The notes beneath the pieces are model-generated. The model saw only the letters and a program-made list of their open reading frames with translations, made no database searches and was not told the origin of the DNA. A stretch of 64,000 bases of DNA from a virus (taxonomy: Duplodnaviria > Caudoviricetes). Below, one piece after another: positions 28,706 to 37,949 of this stretch; within the stretch, counting starts at the first letter, position 1, and each line of letters opens with the position of its first letter. Both the position numbers and the translations under genes were made by a program. The stretch is taken from positions 36,063 through 100,062 of IMG/VR virus record IMGVR_UViG_2786546882_000003. One strand, written 5' to 3'.

Positions 28706-29445
28706 TTATCAAGTACGGAAGCTATTCATTCGCTGATGGTGAATGCTCGATGATCAACTTCTCTGCGCAGCCAAAGCTAACGCCTCGGCGAGTCAGAAGG
28801 AGCACGATCGTTCGGATGCAGTGCGCTGGCGAGTTTTGCTTTTCTGGTGCCGTAGATCAAGACGCTGTCAAGGCAAAGATTGTTACTGCAAAGGCTGCGC
28901 TCGACCAAGACTACCAAGACTTGGTGATGCTACATAGCGACGGAACGACAGAGAGTCCGTATAAGCTTGAGAGTGGCGCAGCAAACAATGCCACTGGAAA
29001 CATTGTCTATTACCAGAACTGGCCGTCCACGGCTCCAGAAGATTACGCCACGACGAAGCAGTTTCAGTTCGGCGTAGAGGCTGAATTCTACGATCCAAAC
29101 CTGAGCCTCCTTGATTTCAGTCAGTCGATTCGGATTACCGGGACTACTGGTCCGATCAAGAGATGGATTCGCCTGCTGGATGGAACATGGCAATCTCGCG
29201 TCATCCATACATCAAGCACGAAGAGGATCATCCAGGAAGGAAGGGCACTTGGTTTTGGCGCCTATCCTGTAGAACCGCCGCCAATTCTTGCTGAGATCTA
29301 TGAGCATCTTGACCAAAGGCAGATCTTCCAGGAAGGCCCAAGCATTTTCTACTCTCGGCCTTACGAGTATCTGAAGACGTGGAGATATGTCTTCGAGACT
29401 CCGCTTGAGTTCACCCCGCTCAATGTCTATCCGCTGCTACGATGA
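28702..29445 (+). CDS. distal-tail-like protein (module 2)
   Basis: MIIKYGSYSF start; synteny; GTGA coupling. Confidence 0.45.
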   Translation: MIIKYGSYSFADGECSMINFSAQPKLTPRRVRRSTIVRMQCAGEFCFSGAVDQDAVKAKIVTAKAALDQDYQDLVMLHSDGTTESPYKLESGAANNATGNIVYYQNWPSTAPEDYATTKQFQFGVEAEFYDPNLSLLDFSQSIRITGTTGPIKRWIRLLDGTWQSRVIHTSSTKRIIQEGRALGFGAYPVEPPPILAEIYEHLDQRQIFQEGPSIFYSRPYEYLKTWRYVFETPLEFTPLNVYPLLR

Positions 29446-30869
29446 CCATCAAGATAACCTACGGCGATGCCAAGATCTGGAGCGCCGACCTTCTCATCAG
29501 TGCTGGCGCTCAACCAAGTCGATTTATCCTTGAAGGTGATATCCAAGGTGATCTCGATGATGTCGCGCCGATTCTCAGAATTGACGATGGCGACACAGAG
29601 AGGATATTCGCAGACACTAGACTTCTGTCGATTGAGAACCGGCCATGTAGGTGGGGCGACGAGCTTTCATCCTATTACGTCATTGAAGATAAGAGATGGA
29701 AGTGGTGGGACATATTTGCTTCCTGTGACTACAACCGCCTGAAGTGCGACGGAGACAGGTATAACGACGCAACGTGTGGCGAGATCTTCGGAGATCTGCT
29801 GACACTCGCTGGCGAGGCGATCTTTGATGTCGGCAGCGCTAGTGACGCAATCTATCCGGTACTGCACTATGACGAGCAGGTTCCTGTTGGCAGGATGCTT
29901 CAGGACCTCTGTGAGCTGACAAAGCATACCATCGGATTCAAGGAAGATGGCAGCGTTAAGGTTTTTCAGCTAGGCCAGGGAAAGCTCCCGAATATCTCTG
30001 CGATCAAGAGTTTTCGACAATACACCAACCGAACAATCAATGACTTCAAAGTCATATCCAAGCCCACTCTTTTTGAGAGCCTGATCTCTGTCAACCCAGT
30101 TGGGATGGAATCAACTGGCGAGATCGTTGATCTGGATTCCGTCAGCTACAAGCCTGCTGCGGGATGGAGCGGAGAATGGCCAGGGCAGTTTAGCGGAGTT
30201 GCCTCTGCTTCTCAGTGGCTGGCGAACAAAAGCGTTTACCGACTGTTTGAGCCAAGCAGTGTGGAGAACGACCAGACGGCAGCTGCGTTCCCGCTAGATG
30301 GTCTGGAAATACTGGAAAACGGCGATTGCGCATATAACAGTATGAGAGGAGGAGTTTGCATTGACTATGTCATTGGCGAATTCTGGCCTGAGTACCACCG
30401 AGGGGATGTCGAGACATCTGCAACAGACCACTGGTTTGGCGATGTTTCCGTAAAGGAAAACATCTTTCAGTTCGGCAGGCCTGTATTCAAGGTTGATGAC
30501 GGCGCCGTATCTGAGCCAGTGCTGAAGATCAAGGCTTGGCATCGGCAGCGAGATGACGCCAATGGAGACTTCATTTTCGAGAGCCTTGGAAACGGTCCTG
30601 TTCGCGAGGCTTCTTGGGTTCAGCCTGTTGTCATCCACGATGAAGGGACAAATCTGACTGATGTTGGGAATCAGCTGACTGAATACAGGCGGATCTGCAT
30701 CCAAGAGTCCAATATCGACACATCGATGGTTGTTTATGACGGGATCCAGAGTGTCGAAGTCAATGGAAATGTAAGGTCAATTCGGCACAAGCTCAATCTG
30801 ACAGCAAGCTCTGGTGGCGCTGACACGGAAGTTTACATAGGCGATGGCTGGGACGGCCTGCAGGTATGA
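29442..30869 (+). CDS. tail hub-like protein (module 2)
   Basis: MLQDLCELT.HTIG..EDGSVKVF..GQG hub-like pattern; 475 aa. Confidence 0.5.
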   Translation: MTIKITYGDAKIWSADLLISAGAQPSRFILEGDIQGDLDDVAPILRIDDGDTERIFADTRLLSIENRPCRWGDELSSYYVIEDKRWKWWDIFASCDYNRLKCDGDRYNDATCGEIFGDLLTLAGEAIFDVGSASDAIYPVLHYDEQVPVGRMLQDLCELTKHTIGFKEDGSVKVFQLGQGKLPNISAIKSFRQYTNRTINDFKVISKPTLFESLISVNPVGMESTGEIVDLDSVSYKPAAGWSGEWPGQFSGVASASQWLANKSVYRLFEPSSVENDQTAAAFPLDGLEILENGDCAYNSMRGGVCIDYVIGEFWPEYHRGDVETSATDHWFGDVSVKENIFQFGRPVFKVDDGAVSEPVLKIKAWHRQRDDANGDFIFESLGNGPVREASWVQPVVIHDEGTNLTDVGNQLTEYRRICIQESNIDTSMVVYDGIQSVEVNGNVRSIRHKLNLTASSGGADTEVYIGDGWDGLQV

Positions 30870-31558
30870 CGCGCGGAGTATCCGACCCTTTATTCATGGG
30901 GTCGCAGTGGCACGACTGTAAAAACGCCAGCGGGTCTAGCATCCCTCCGTACGGTGTAGCCGAAACGGTTGGCATGACGACGATCACCGTCGATGGTGTG
31001 TCGAAGCCAGCGATATCCGTCCAGGCGCCAACGACAAACAATCCGGAAAAGCTGGTGTTTACTGGTCCGATGGGATGCCCGGCTGGTGGAACCGGGATTT
31101 GCCATGCGGAAGTTATTGGGTATGCAGCGCACTCCGGAACGCTCAGTACAAGCGCCAACTACGGGCTAGATGATGACGGCCCGCTACTTCAGGAAAAGGT
31201 TGGGAATTTCCGGGGGATTGGCGGAACATTCACGTCTGGTGGAAACAGCGTATCGCTCTTCTATCGGACGCCGAACACTGGCGCCAAGAAGATACTATTC
31301 ACGATTGTTTCCGCGAGTGGATCGTCTGCAACAGTTCAGGTCAACAAGGCTACATGCAACCTGACGGAGATTGATGGGATTGGCGTCAGTTGTTTGCTGA
31401 CTGTGTACGACGACCTCGGGTGCCTATTGTCAGCTGCGGATTCCGCTGCGTGGGTCGGAAAGAAGGGAACTGCGGTGTTGATGCAGTCACTTGACGAGGA
31501 CTCCTGTGAGCCAACTGGCTCGTGCAGATGGGTCATTGACGCACTGTGCTGTCCATAG
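30866..31558 (+). CDS. tail-tip associated protein
   Basis: KNASGSSIPPYGV; C-terminal WVIDALCCP. Confidence 0.5.
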   Translation: MTRGVSDPLFMGSQWHDCKNASGSSIPPYGVAETVGMTTITVDGVSKPAISVQAPTTNNPEKLVFTGPMGCPAGGTGICHAEVIGYAAHSGTLSTSANYGLDDDGPLLQEKVGNFRGIGGTFTSGGNSVSLFYRTPNTGAKKILFTIVSASGSSATVQVNKATCNLTEIDGIGVSCLLTVYDDLGCLLSAADSAAWVGKKGTAVLMQSLDEDSCEPTGSCRWVIDALCCP

Positions 31559-31567
31559 GAGAGATAT

Positions 31568-32152
31568 ATGTCACTCCTGACAATGCTGTGCTGTTGCGAC
31601 GAATCGAGCAGTTCTTCTTCATCCAGCAGTTCATCAAGTTCGAGCAGTAGTTCGTCGAGTTCTAGCAGTTCGTCCAGCAGCTCGGAAAGCTCAAGCAGTT
31701 CTTCGTCGTCAAGCTCAAGCAGCGATTCATCAAGCAGCAGTTCGTCTTCGTCGAGCAGTTCGTCGTCAAGCTCCAGTAGCAGTTCGTCGAGCAGTTCGAG
31801 TTCATCGAGTTCGAGCAGCTCAAGTAGCTCAAGCAGTGACTCGTCTAGTAGCTCGTCCAGCGATTCGCTCAGCAGCGAGAGTGCCAGCGAAAGCACAAGC
31901 TCTGAATCTGTCTCGTTAAGCGACAGCGTGCCTAGCGAGGAGGATCCTTGCGCCTGCCCAAGCCCTCCTGTTGTTGTGCCCGGTGGACCACAGCCTCCAT
32001 GCGGCGATGTGTATTTCGGCCCATGCGTGGCAACGCTTCCAGGCGAAAACTGCGACAGCCTGCAATGTACGTTTGAGTTTGATGGAACGAGATGGAGATT
32101 GATCCTTAACTGCTACGGCGAGAAGGTAGAGGAGATCCCAAGTTGCCCATAA
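31568..32152 (+). CDS. poly-serine Cys-flanked protein
   Basis: AGGAGAG RBS; CCC followed by a long near-pure Ser tract using mixed TCN and AGY codons; Cys-rich C-terminus. Confidence 0.8.
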   Translation: MSLLTMLCCCDESSSSSSSSSSSSSSSSSSSSSSSSSSSESSSSSSSSSSSSDSSSSSSSSSSSSSSSSSSSSSSSSSSSSSSSSSSSSSDSSSSSSSDSLSSESASESTSSESVSLSDSVPSEEDPCACPSPPVVVPGGPQPPCGDVYFGPCVATLPGENCDSLQCTFEFDGTRWRLILNCYGEKVEEIPSCP

Positions 32153-33360
32153 GCACCCAATGTGAGCATCTTAGTGACGGAAAATGCGAGATCGCATCAA
32201 AGCACGCTGGAATGCCGATCGTGGTAAACAGCAGTGGATGCGAGGCGTGCCTTGCTAATCCGAATCCAAAGCAGATGAACCACCCCATGGCAAGCATGTG
32301 CGTTGTTGCCATGATCAAAGCCGATAGGTTCAGGACGCCTGAGTATCGCGAGATATCAAAGCACATCCAGTCGCCCGAGGAAAGGTGCGAGAACACTGGA
32401 ACCTGCAAGGAAAATGCATTCGGCCCAGGAACTGAACTTAAAGAGATCGTTCCCAAGTTCTTCGAGCGAGGCAAGTGTTCGTGCAAGAGCTACGCTGCCA
32501 AGATGGATCGGTGGGGCGTAGACGAGTGCGAGCAGCGATTTGAAGAGATCGTCGATCACTTAGTCAAGCAGGCAAGCGGATGGGCGGTGCCAGCCTTTGC
32601 TTCTCGCGTTGTCGCGCGGCGATGGCTGCGCATGGCAATCGATAATGCAAAGTCTGACTGGCCTTTTGTGTGGGCATACTACGCAAAAGAGGCAAAGGGA
32701 GATGAGCTTCGGTACTCGATTCGATCGCTTCTCAAATGGAAGCCTGACGCGAGAGTGATCTTAATTGGCGACAAACCTGACTGGTATGGCGGAGAGTTTT
32801 ACGAGAAGCCAAGGATCGGACCAACGAGCTTTCAGGCATTCAAGGACTGCTACTCGAAGCTCCAGATGGCAGCAACGATCGTAGACAAGTTCGTCTGGAT
32901 GATGGACGACATATACTGGGTCAGCGACTTTAAGATGTATCACGCCACTAGCCCGAAGTATGTTCGGCATGTTACACAAGAGCAGTTCTACAACTGGAAG
33001 CCAAAGAATGCTTGGGCGAAGACTCGCGCCAACGCCTATTCATACCTACTTGAAAACAGTCTTCCGACGTACGACTTTGCTGGTCACCTTCCGCAGCCAA
33101 TCCGATCCAAGACATTCTTGGAAATGGAAGACGAACTTGGGTTGCTGGAAGAGTATCGAAACTGGGAGTGCATTTACTTCAACAAGTATTACTCTCAGCA
33201 CGCCATACCTTACGCAAGCAAGTATACAAGAGTTACCAAGGAGCCGAAAAGAATCTCTCCGAAAGGTGTTCTGCTCAATCACACGAGTTCGACGTACGGC
33301 GGGATGGTGCGCGAGTATCTTGAGAGTGCATTCCCAGAAAAGTGCGCGGTGGAGAAATGA
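32143..33360 (+). CDS. Cys-rich N-terminus fused to a Stealth-like/GT-A transferase domain
   Basis: ELRYSIRSLLK...VILIGDKPDW, FVWMMDDIY. Confidence 0.65.
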   Translation: MPISTQCEHLSDGKCEIASKHAGMPIVVNSSGCEACLANPNPKQMNHPMASMCVVAMIKADRFRTPEYREISKHIQSPEERCENTGTCKENAFGPGTELKEIVPKFFERGKCSCKSYAAKMDRWGVDECEQRFEEIVDHLVKQASGWAVPAFASRVVARRWLRMAIDNAKSDWPFVWAYYAKEAKGDELRYSIRSLLKWKPDARVILIGDKPDWYGGEFYEKPRIGPTSFQAFKDCYSKLQMAATIVDKFVWMMDDIYWVSDFKMYHATSPKYVRHVTQEQFYNWKPKNAWAKTRANAYSYLLENSLPTYDFAGHLPQPIRSKTFLEMEDELGLLEEYRNWECIYFNKYYSQHAIPYASKYTRVTKEPKRISPKGVLLNHTSSTYGGMVREYLESAFPEKCAVEK

Positions 33361-33992
33361 CATACGATGCCACAGTGATTATCCCGTGGAGGGAGTGCCC
33401 ATCGAGGCGACCCGGATTTGACTGGGTCCTTCGGTACTATCGCCATCGTTTTGACAAGGTGATTGTCAGCGAGCAAAGCGACGGAAAGTTCAACAAGTCA
33501 GCTGCAATCAACAGCGCGATCAAGCACTGCAATCCAAAGCCAGAGGACGTTTTTGTAATAGCTGACGCCGACTGTTTTATTGCTGACTGGGCAATGGAGG
33601 CTGGGATCAGCAAGGCGAAAGTGTCAAACAAGCTCGTCAGGCCGCACAAGAGATATCTTCGCACGAGCAAAGAACAAGCAGAATTTATCCTTCAGCAAGA
33701 CCCAACCAAAAAGATATTCTTTCACTGGTTCCACAAGAAATTCAACCGCTTCAAAGCAAAGGGCGGTGTGTGGATCATTCGATTTGAAGTCTTCGATAGA
33801 ACTGGCTGGATGGACGAGGGGTACGTTGGATGGGGTGGAGAGGATAGCGATTTCATTGCGAGATGCGGATCCGTTGTGATGAATGGACCGCTCTACCACA
33901 TCTGGCATGAGCCAGCGCCAGACAAGAGTTTTTCAAGTCCTGGATGCAAGCGTTTTCACGAGAAGTTTCGCCGCAGGAAAAAAAGACGATGA
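33357..33992 (+). CDS. GT2/GT7-like glycosyltransferase
   Basis: VIIPWR, FNKSAAIN, IADAD, MDEGYVGWGGED, LYHIWH. Confidence 0.85.
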   Translation: MTYDATVIIPWRECPSRRPGFDWVLRYYRHRFDKVIVSEQSDGKFNKSAAINSAIKHCNPKPEDVFVIADADCFIADWAMEAGISKAKVSNKLVRPHKRYLRTSKEQAEFILQQDPTKKIFFHWFHKKFNRFKAKGGVWIIRFEVFDRTGWMDEGYVGWGGEDSDFIARCGSVVMNGPLYHIWHEPAPDKSFSSPGCKRFHEKFRRRKKRR

Positions 33993-34807
33993 AGCGAGCG
34001 ATCTTCTTTGAAGTGAAGAGATGCTACAGAATTTACATGTGGCCTATCTTCCGCGAGATGGAAAGGCGTGGCTACAAGTGCTATTTCGCTGGTCCTAAAA
34101 CTAGACGATCGAAGTGGTACTGCGACTACGGTTTTGTGTGGAATGGGCATGATCACCGAGTGTCTAAGTTCAACAGATACCTCAAAGAATCTGGCATTCC
34201 ACATTCGTTCATTGAGTCTGGGTATTTCTCGCAACTGAATCACTCGTTTGTCAGCAGAGCTGGGTCAATCGGACGGTTTCTCTTCCTTGACGAAAAGATT
34301 GAAGATCCAACTGGAGAAGACATGGATCTGGTACAGCGCAAGAGCAGTTCATACGTCCCAGGATACACATACAAATACCTTGGCCATATTGCTGGGATGC
34401 TTCAACTGCAAAAGGACACATCGATCAAGACGCAGAGCGACTTCAAGGACTCGCAAGAATTCGTTGACAGGGTTGAGTCAGATCACCCGAATGACAATGT
34501 GATATTCAGGCCACACCCTTACGAACGAAACGTGAGACTGCGAACCAGTAGCCCATTGAGTAGAAGTAGAACTATGTGGGATCACGTTCTTCCAGCACGG
34601 AAGGTTGTCGGAATCAATAGCACTTCGCTTTACGAGTCGGTTCTCGCGGGTAAAGAAGTCGTGGCTTACGGAGATTGTGCTTTAAGCAGGAATCCTGACA
34701 ACCACATTGGCGTCGTTGCTGAAATCATCAAGAGGGAAATCCACGTCGATGCGGACAGGTGTGGGGATCAGCTCGAAAGAAGCCTTGGAGACGAAGCACC
34801 ACGATGA
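33989..34807 (+). CDS. capsule-biosynthesis (KpsS/KpsC-like) glycosyltransferase
   Basis: VWNG, IESGYF, LQLQKDTSI, FRPHP, INSTSLYESVLAGKEV. Confidence 0.75.
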   Translation: MKRAIFFEVKRCYRIYMWPIFREMERRGYKCYFAGPKTRRSKWYCDYGFVWNGHDHRVSKFNRYLKESGIPHSFIESGYFSQLNHSFVSRAGSIGRFLFLDEKIEDPTGEDMDLVQRKSSSYVPGYTYKYLGHIAGMLQLQKDTSIKTQSDFKDSQEFVDRVESDHPNDNVIFRPHPYERNVRLRTSSPLSRSRTMWDHVLPARKVVGINSTSLYESVLAGKEVVAYGDCALSRNPDNHIGVVAEIIKREIHVDADRCGDQLERSLGDEAPR

Positions 34808-35358
34808 GGCAAAAGATTACGGAGATATTCAGGCTTGCGAGGCTTTGTGGATCGCTTGGGTGCGAGAGCTACCTTGAGGTCGGATGTGCTGACGGAGAGA
34901 CTTTTCTTTCGATCGGAAGCACGATGAAGAAAGCCGTGGCTGTAGACATGCCCGGAATGAAATGGGGGACCGTCAAAACTGGCCCAGTTCTGGCGAGAAG
35001 AGTTTCAGACATGCGAACAAAACTCGGTGTCGACTCGCACCTCATAATTGGCGATTCTTCTGACGACAGTGTTGTTGACAGAGCGATGAAGCTTGGACCG
35101 TATGATCTTGTTTTCATAGATGGTGACCACACATACGATGGAGTTAAGCGTGACTACGAAAACTATGGCCCTATGGCAACAAAAGCCATCGCGTTTCATG
35201 ACATCATTGGAAACGGCATGAAGTTTCGTGACGGAAGCAAGGTTGAGGTTCCTATCCTATGGAAAGAGATATCTTCGTCTCTAAAGACAGTCGAGTTCTC
35301 GGAAACTTGGGGCCAGATGCCAATGGGGATCGGCGTGATCCTTGTCGGCGAGAGATAA
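34804..35358 (+). CDS. SAM-dependent methyltransferase (Methyltransf_24-like)
   Basis: YLEVGCADG, DLVFIDGDHTYDGVKRD, IAFHD. Confidence 0.85.
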   Translation: MRQKITEIFRLARLCGSLGCESYLEVGCADGETFLSIGSTMKKAVAVDMPGMKWGTVKTGPVLARRVSDMRTKLGVDSHLIIGDSSDDSVVDRAMKLGPYDLVFIDGDHTYDGVKRDYENYGPMATKAIAFHDIIGNGMKFRDGSKVEVPILWKEISSSLKTVEFSETWGQMPMGIGVILVGER

Positions 35359-35690
35359 AGTCCTGGGGAATAGCAACCAGCGTCTTCACGAACAAAGACA
35401 CTCACGTTTCGGTTGCTGAGATTCTGTCTGGAGGGAAGTCCAGCGTTCACAGGCACATCAAGTTCGACAACATCCTGTGCGTAATAAGTGGGCAGATTCG
35501 AGTCGATACCGACAAAGACAGGTACTTTCTTTCGCGCGGCGAGTCAGTGAGGATTCCATCTGGATTGCTCCATTCGTTTTTTGCAGAGCAGGATTCGGTG
35601 GTGGCAGAAGTCTATGTTCCTCCTGGGACCATGGGCGGCGCAGAGTTCAAAGATATACACAGGGTCATTGGCCCTTCAGAAGGAAACTAG
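35259..35690 (+). CDS. cupin-fold sugar isomerase-like protein (start uncertain)
   Basis: KSWG, SSVHRH, VISGQI, GESVRIPSGLLHSF. Confidence 0.7.
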   Translation: MERDIFVSKDSRVLGNLGPDANGDRRDPCRREIKSWGIATSVFTNKDTHVSVAEILSGGKSSVHRHIKFDNILCVISGQIRVDTDKDRYFLSRGESVRIPSGLLHSFFAEQDSVVAEVYVPPGTMGGAEFKDIHRVIGPSEGN

Positions 35691-35701
35691 GGAGAAGTGA
35701 A

Positions 35702-37774
35702 ATGGCATACGGTGGTAACAGCTCTGCTGCAGGGTACGGATACAGTACTGCTGGAAACAAATCAATTGGCGATGCTGCCAGGAAATACATGAGCAAGCAA
35801 ACTCCAGCGCAATCGCGCTATCAATCCAGCCAGTACGATTACAGTGGCGTTCTTGGTCAAAACAGTCCGATCAATCGAGATCCAAACTCCGCAGCAAGGG
35901 CAAGGTCACTGCCTGGAAGCCAGTACAGCGCAGCTGCAGAGTCTGCTTATCAATCCAGCCAGCCTCAAATCAGCAGTGGAGTGCCAAACTCGCAGTACGG
36001 CGAGGCGGCAAGGCAACTTGCTCAGCAGCAACAAGCATTGCAGCGAGATCAACAAGCGCTGAATAGCTTTCGCGCGGACGCAAACGATATCCACCAGCAA
36101 TCCCTGTCGAGTGCTGCTGCGCGACGTGCGTCAAATCCTGCTTTGCAAACCTACCAGAACATCCAGGACTCAATGCAGAAATCTGGCCAAGCTGCGATGG
36201 GTGACTACGCAGGGCAGACGAATGCGCTTGCAAACTCGATGGCAAGTCGTGGCGCTGCTGCCGAAGCTTACGGCAACGCTCGATATCAGGCTGCGCAAAA
36301 TCCAGTGACGTACAAGGGTGTTACTGTCAACCCTGCTGCAATCGCTGCAAATAAGACGATGAGCCCTGGCCGTGCTGCGATGCTTGCGGCAAACGGGTAC
36401 GAGGTATCTCCCGAGGGTGTTGTGCAGCAACAGGGACCAAAGAAGATCGTTGGCCAGAACATCGGCGGGACCGCTGCGGAAGTTGCCCAGCAAATCTACG
36501 GAGGCACTGGCGCTGATCTTGCCGCAGAGGCTCGTCGGATCGGCCAAGCTCGTTATCGCTACGGGATTCCTGAGGATGGTGGAGGATCTACTCCACAGAC
36601 TCGGGAGGATCTGATCAATGCTCGCAATGATTTGACTATGCAGGAAAAACAGGATTACATTTCCAAGAGTCAACAGCGAGACAATCCTTACAGTCCCGAA
36701 CGGATGGCTCGCATGGAGCGATACAACAATCGCCAACAACAGAAGGCGACTGCTGGTCAGATCGCACAACAGCAGGCGAGAAACGCACAGCTCGGTCAAC
36801 TTGCTCAGGCCGCTGCGATGGGAAGTGCTCCTGCGGCAGAAGCGTTGGGGCAGATTGCGAGGAGCCAAGCGTACGCACAGCAGGGCATGATGCAGAACCA
36901 ACTTGGCTATGCTCAGATTGCGTCCGATCAAGCTGCGCGGCAAGCAGAGCAGCAGTGGAGAGAAAAGCAGTCTGAAAGACAGAACCGACTGGACATGGCG
37001 AATGCTGCAATTCAACAAGCCGAAGTCGAGAGGGCTCGTGCGAGAGATGCGAGGGAATCCAAAATTGCAGACGCAAAGCTAGCGCAGGCCGAGTTCGAGT
37101 TGGACCAGGCAAAGAGGGAGGCTGGCAATCAGGCTCCTGGGTTTAACGATCTAGTGAACCAAGCGCTGACGCAGTACCCAGAAGCAACTCCGGCTGACGC
37201 AAGACAGATGGCGATGGTTGCCCAAGGAACCGACTCGATTAACCGTGCTGTTGAGGCAGGTGATCGCGGAGCTGCTTTGTTATCGACCGTTCCGGCGAGC
37301 GCTGAATATGGCCAAGCGATGGAGCCGATGGCTGCTGTCGATGACTACCTAAGCCGAGTATCCCAGTCGATTGGACTCGGCAATGAAGGCATTGGCAGTG
37401 TATCACCAGAGATGCTGATGAATGGATTCTCGGAGAACGGATTGAGCGCTGCTGATGCTCGCAAGTTTGCAGAAAAGCAACTGAAGGGGATTGGCGCGAA
37501 TAACACCATGAATGCGTCTCCTGGTGTTCCGACAATCGAAGAGCTTCACTCAGTTGGCCAAGTGACAGACGACACCTTCGATCGCATCCAAAGATTGAAT
37601 GCCGCAAGGAAGGCGATTGGCATGCCGCTGCTAACTCTCAGTGGAAAGGCGCTGCCGAAAGAAATGGGGCGAGCAAAGACTTATGAAAGCGGATATGCAA
37701 GCGTTCCAGGGCCAGTTGGCGCTATTTCTGAGTTCGCTATGACCCTTCAGGATCTGCTCGAAGGCAATAAATAG
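35702..37774 (+). CDS. Gln/Ala-rich internal virion (ejection-type) protein
   Basis: GGGAG RBS before ATG 35702; low-complexity helical Q/A/G sequence upstream of a giant protein. Confidence 0.6.
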   Translation: MAYGGNSSAAGYGYSTAGNKSIGDAARKYMSKQTPAQSRYQSSQYDYSGVLGQNSPINRDPNSAARARSLPGSQYSAAAESAYQSSQPQISSGVPNSQYGEAARQLAQQQQALQRDQQALNSFRADANDIHQQSLSSAAARRASNPALQTYQNIQDSMQKSGQAAMGDYAGQTNALANSMASRGAAAEAYGNARYQAAQNPVTYKGVTVNPAAIAANKTMSPGRAAMLAANGYEVSPEGVVQQQGPKKIVGQNIGGTAAEVAQQIYGGTGADLAAEARRIGQARYRYGIPEDGGGSTPQTREDLINARNDLTMQEKQDYISKSQQRDNPYSPERMARMERYNNRQQQKATAGQIAQQQARNAQLGQLAQAAAMGSAPAAEALGQIARSQAYAQQGMMQNQLGYAQIASDQAARQAEQQWREKQSERQNRLDMANAAIQQAEVERARARDARESKIADAKLAQAEFELDQAKREAGNQAPGFNDLVNQALTQYPEATPADARQMAMVAQGTDSINRAVEAGDRGAALLSTVPASAEYGQAMEPMAAVDDYLSRVSQSIGLGNEGIGSVSPEMLMNGFSENGLSAADARKFAEKQLKGIGANNTMNASPGVPTIEELHSVGQVTDDTFDRIQRLNAARKAIGMPLLTLSGKALPKEMGRAKTYESGYASVPGPVGAISEFAMTLQDLLEGNK

Positions 37775-37949
37775 CCGATCCGGCGAGTATCAGCAGCGGA
37801 AGAACCTCTCCGGCTATGACAGGATCAAATCTCCGGTCTTCCCTTCTTCCAGCTCCATACTTGAGCGAGTTGTGATGGTAACTAAACAGTATCCACGCAG
37901 CAACAATCGCAATAAAAAGCACGACAAGACGACGTACTAGGGCCATCAT
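37737..37949 (-). CDS. possible small two-TM membrane protein
   Basis: Two hydrophobic segments; fills the gap between the two large + strand genes. Confidence 0.3.
   Translation of the reverse strand: MMALVRRLVVLFIAIVAAWILFSYHHNSLKYGAGRREDRRFDPVIAGEVLPLLILAGSAIYCLRADPEGS

Noticed and set aside
31336-31896. Leu/Glu/Asp-rich - strand ORF
   Set aside because: Antisense shadow of the poly-Ser gene, which has the RBS and operon context.
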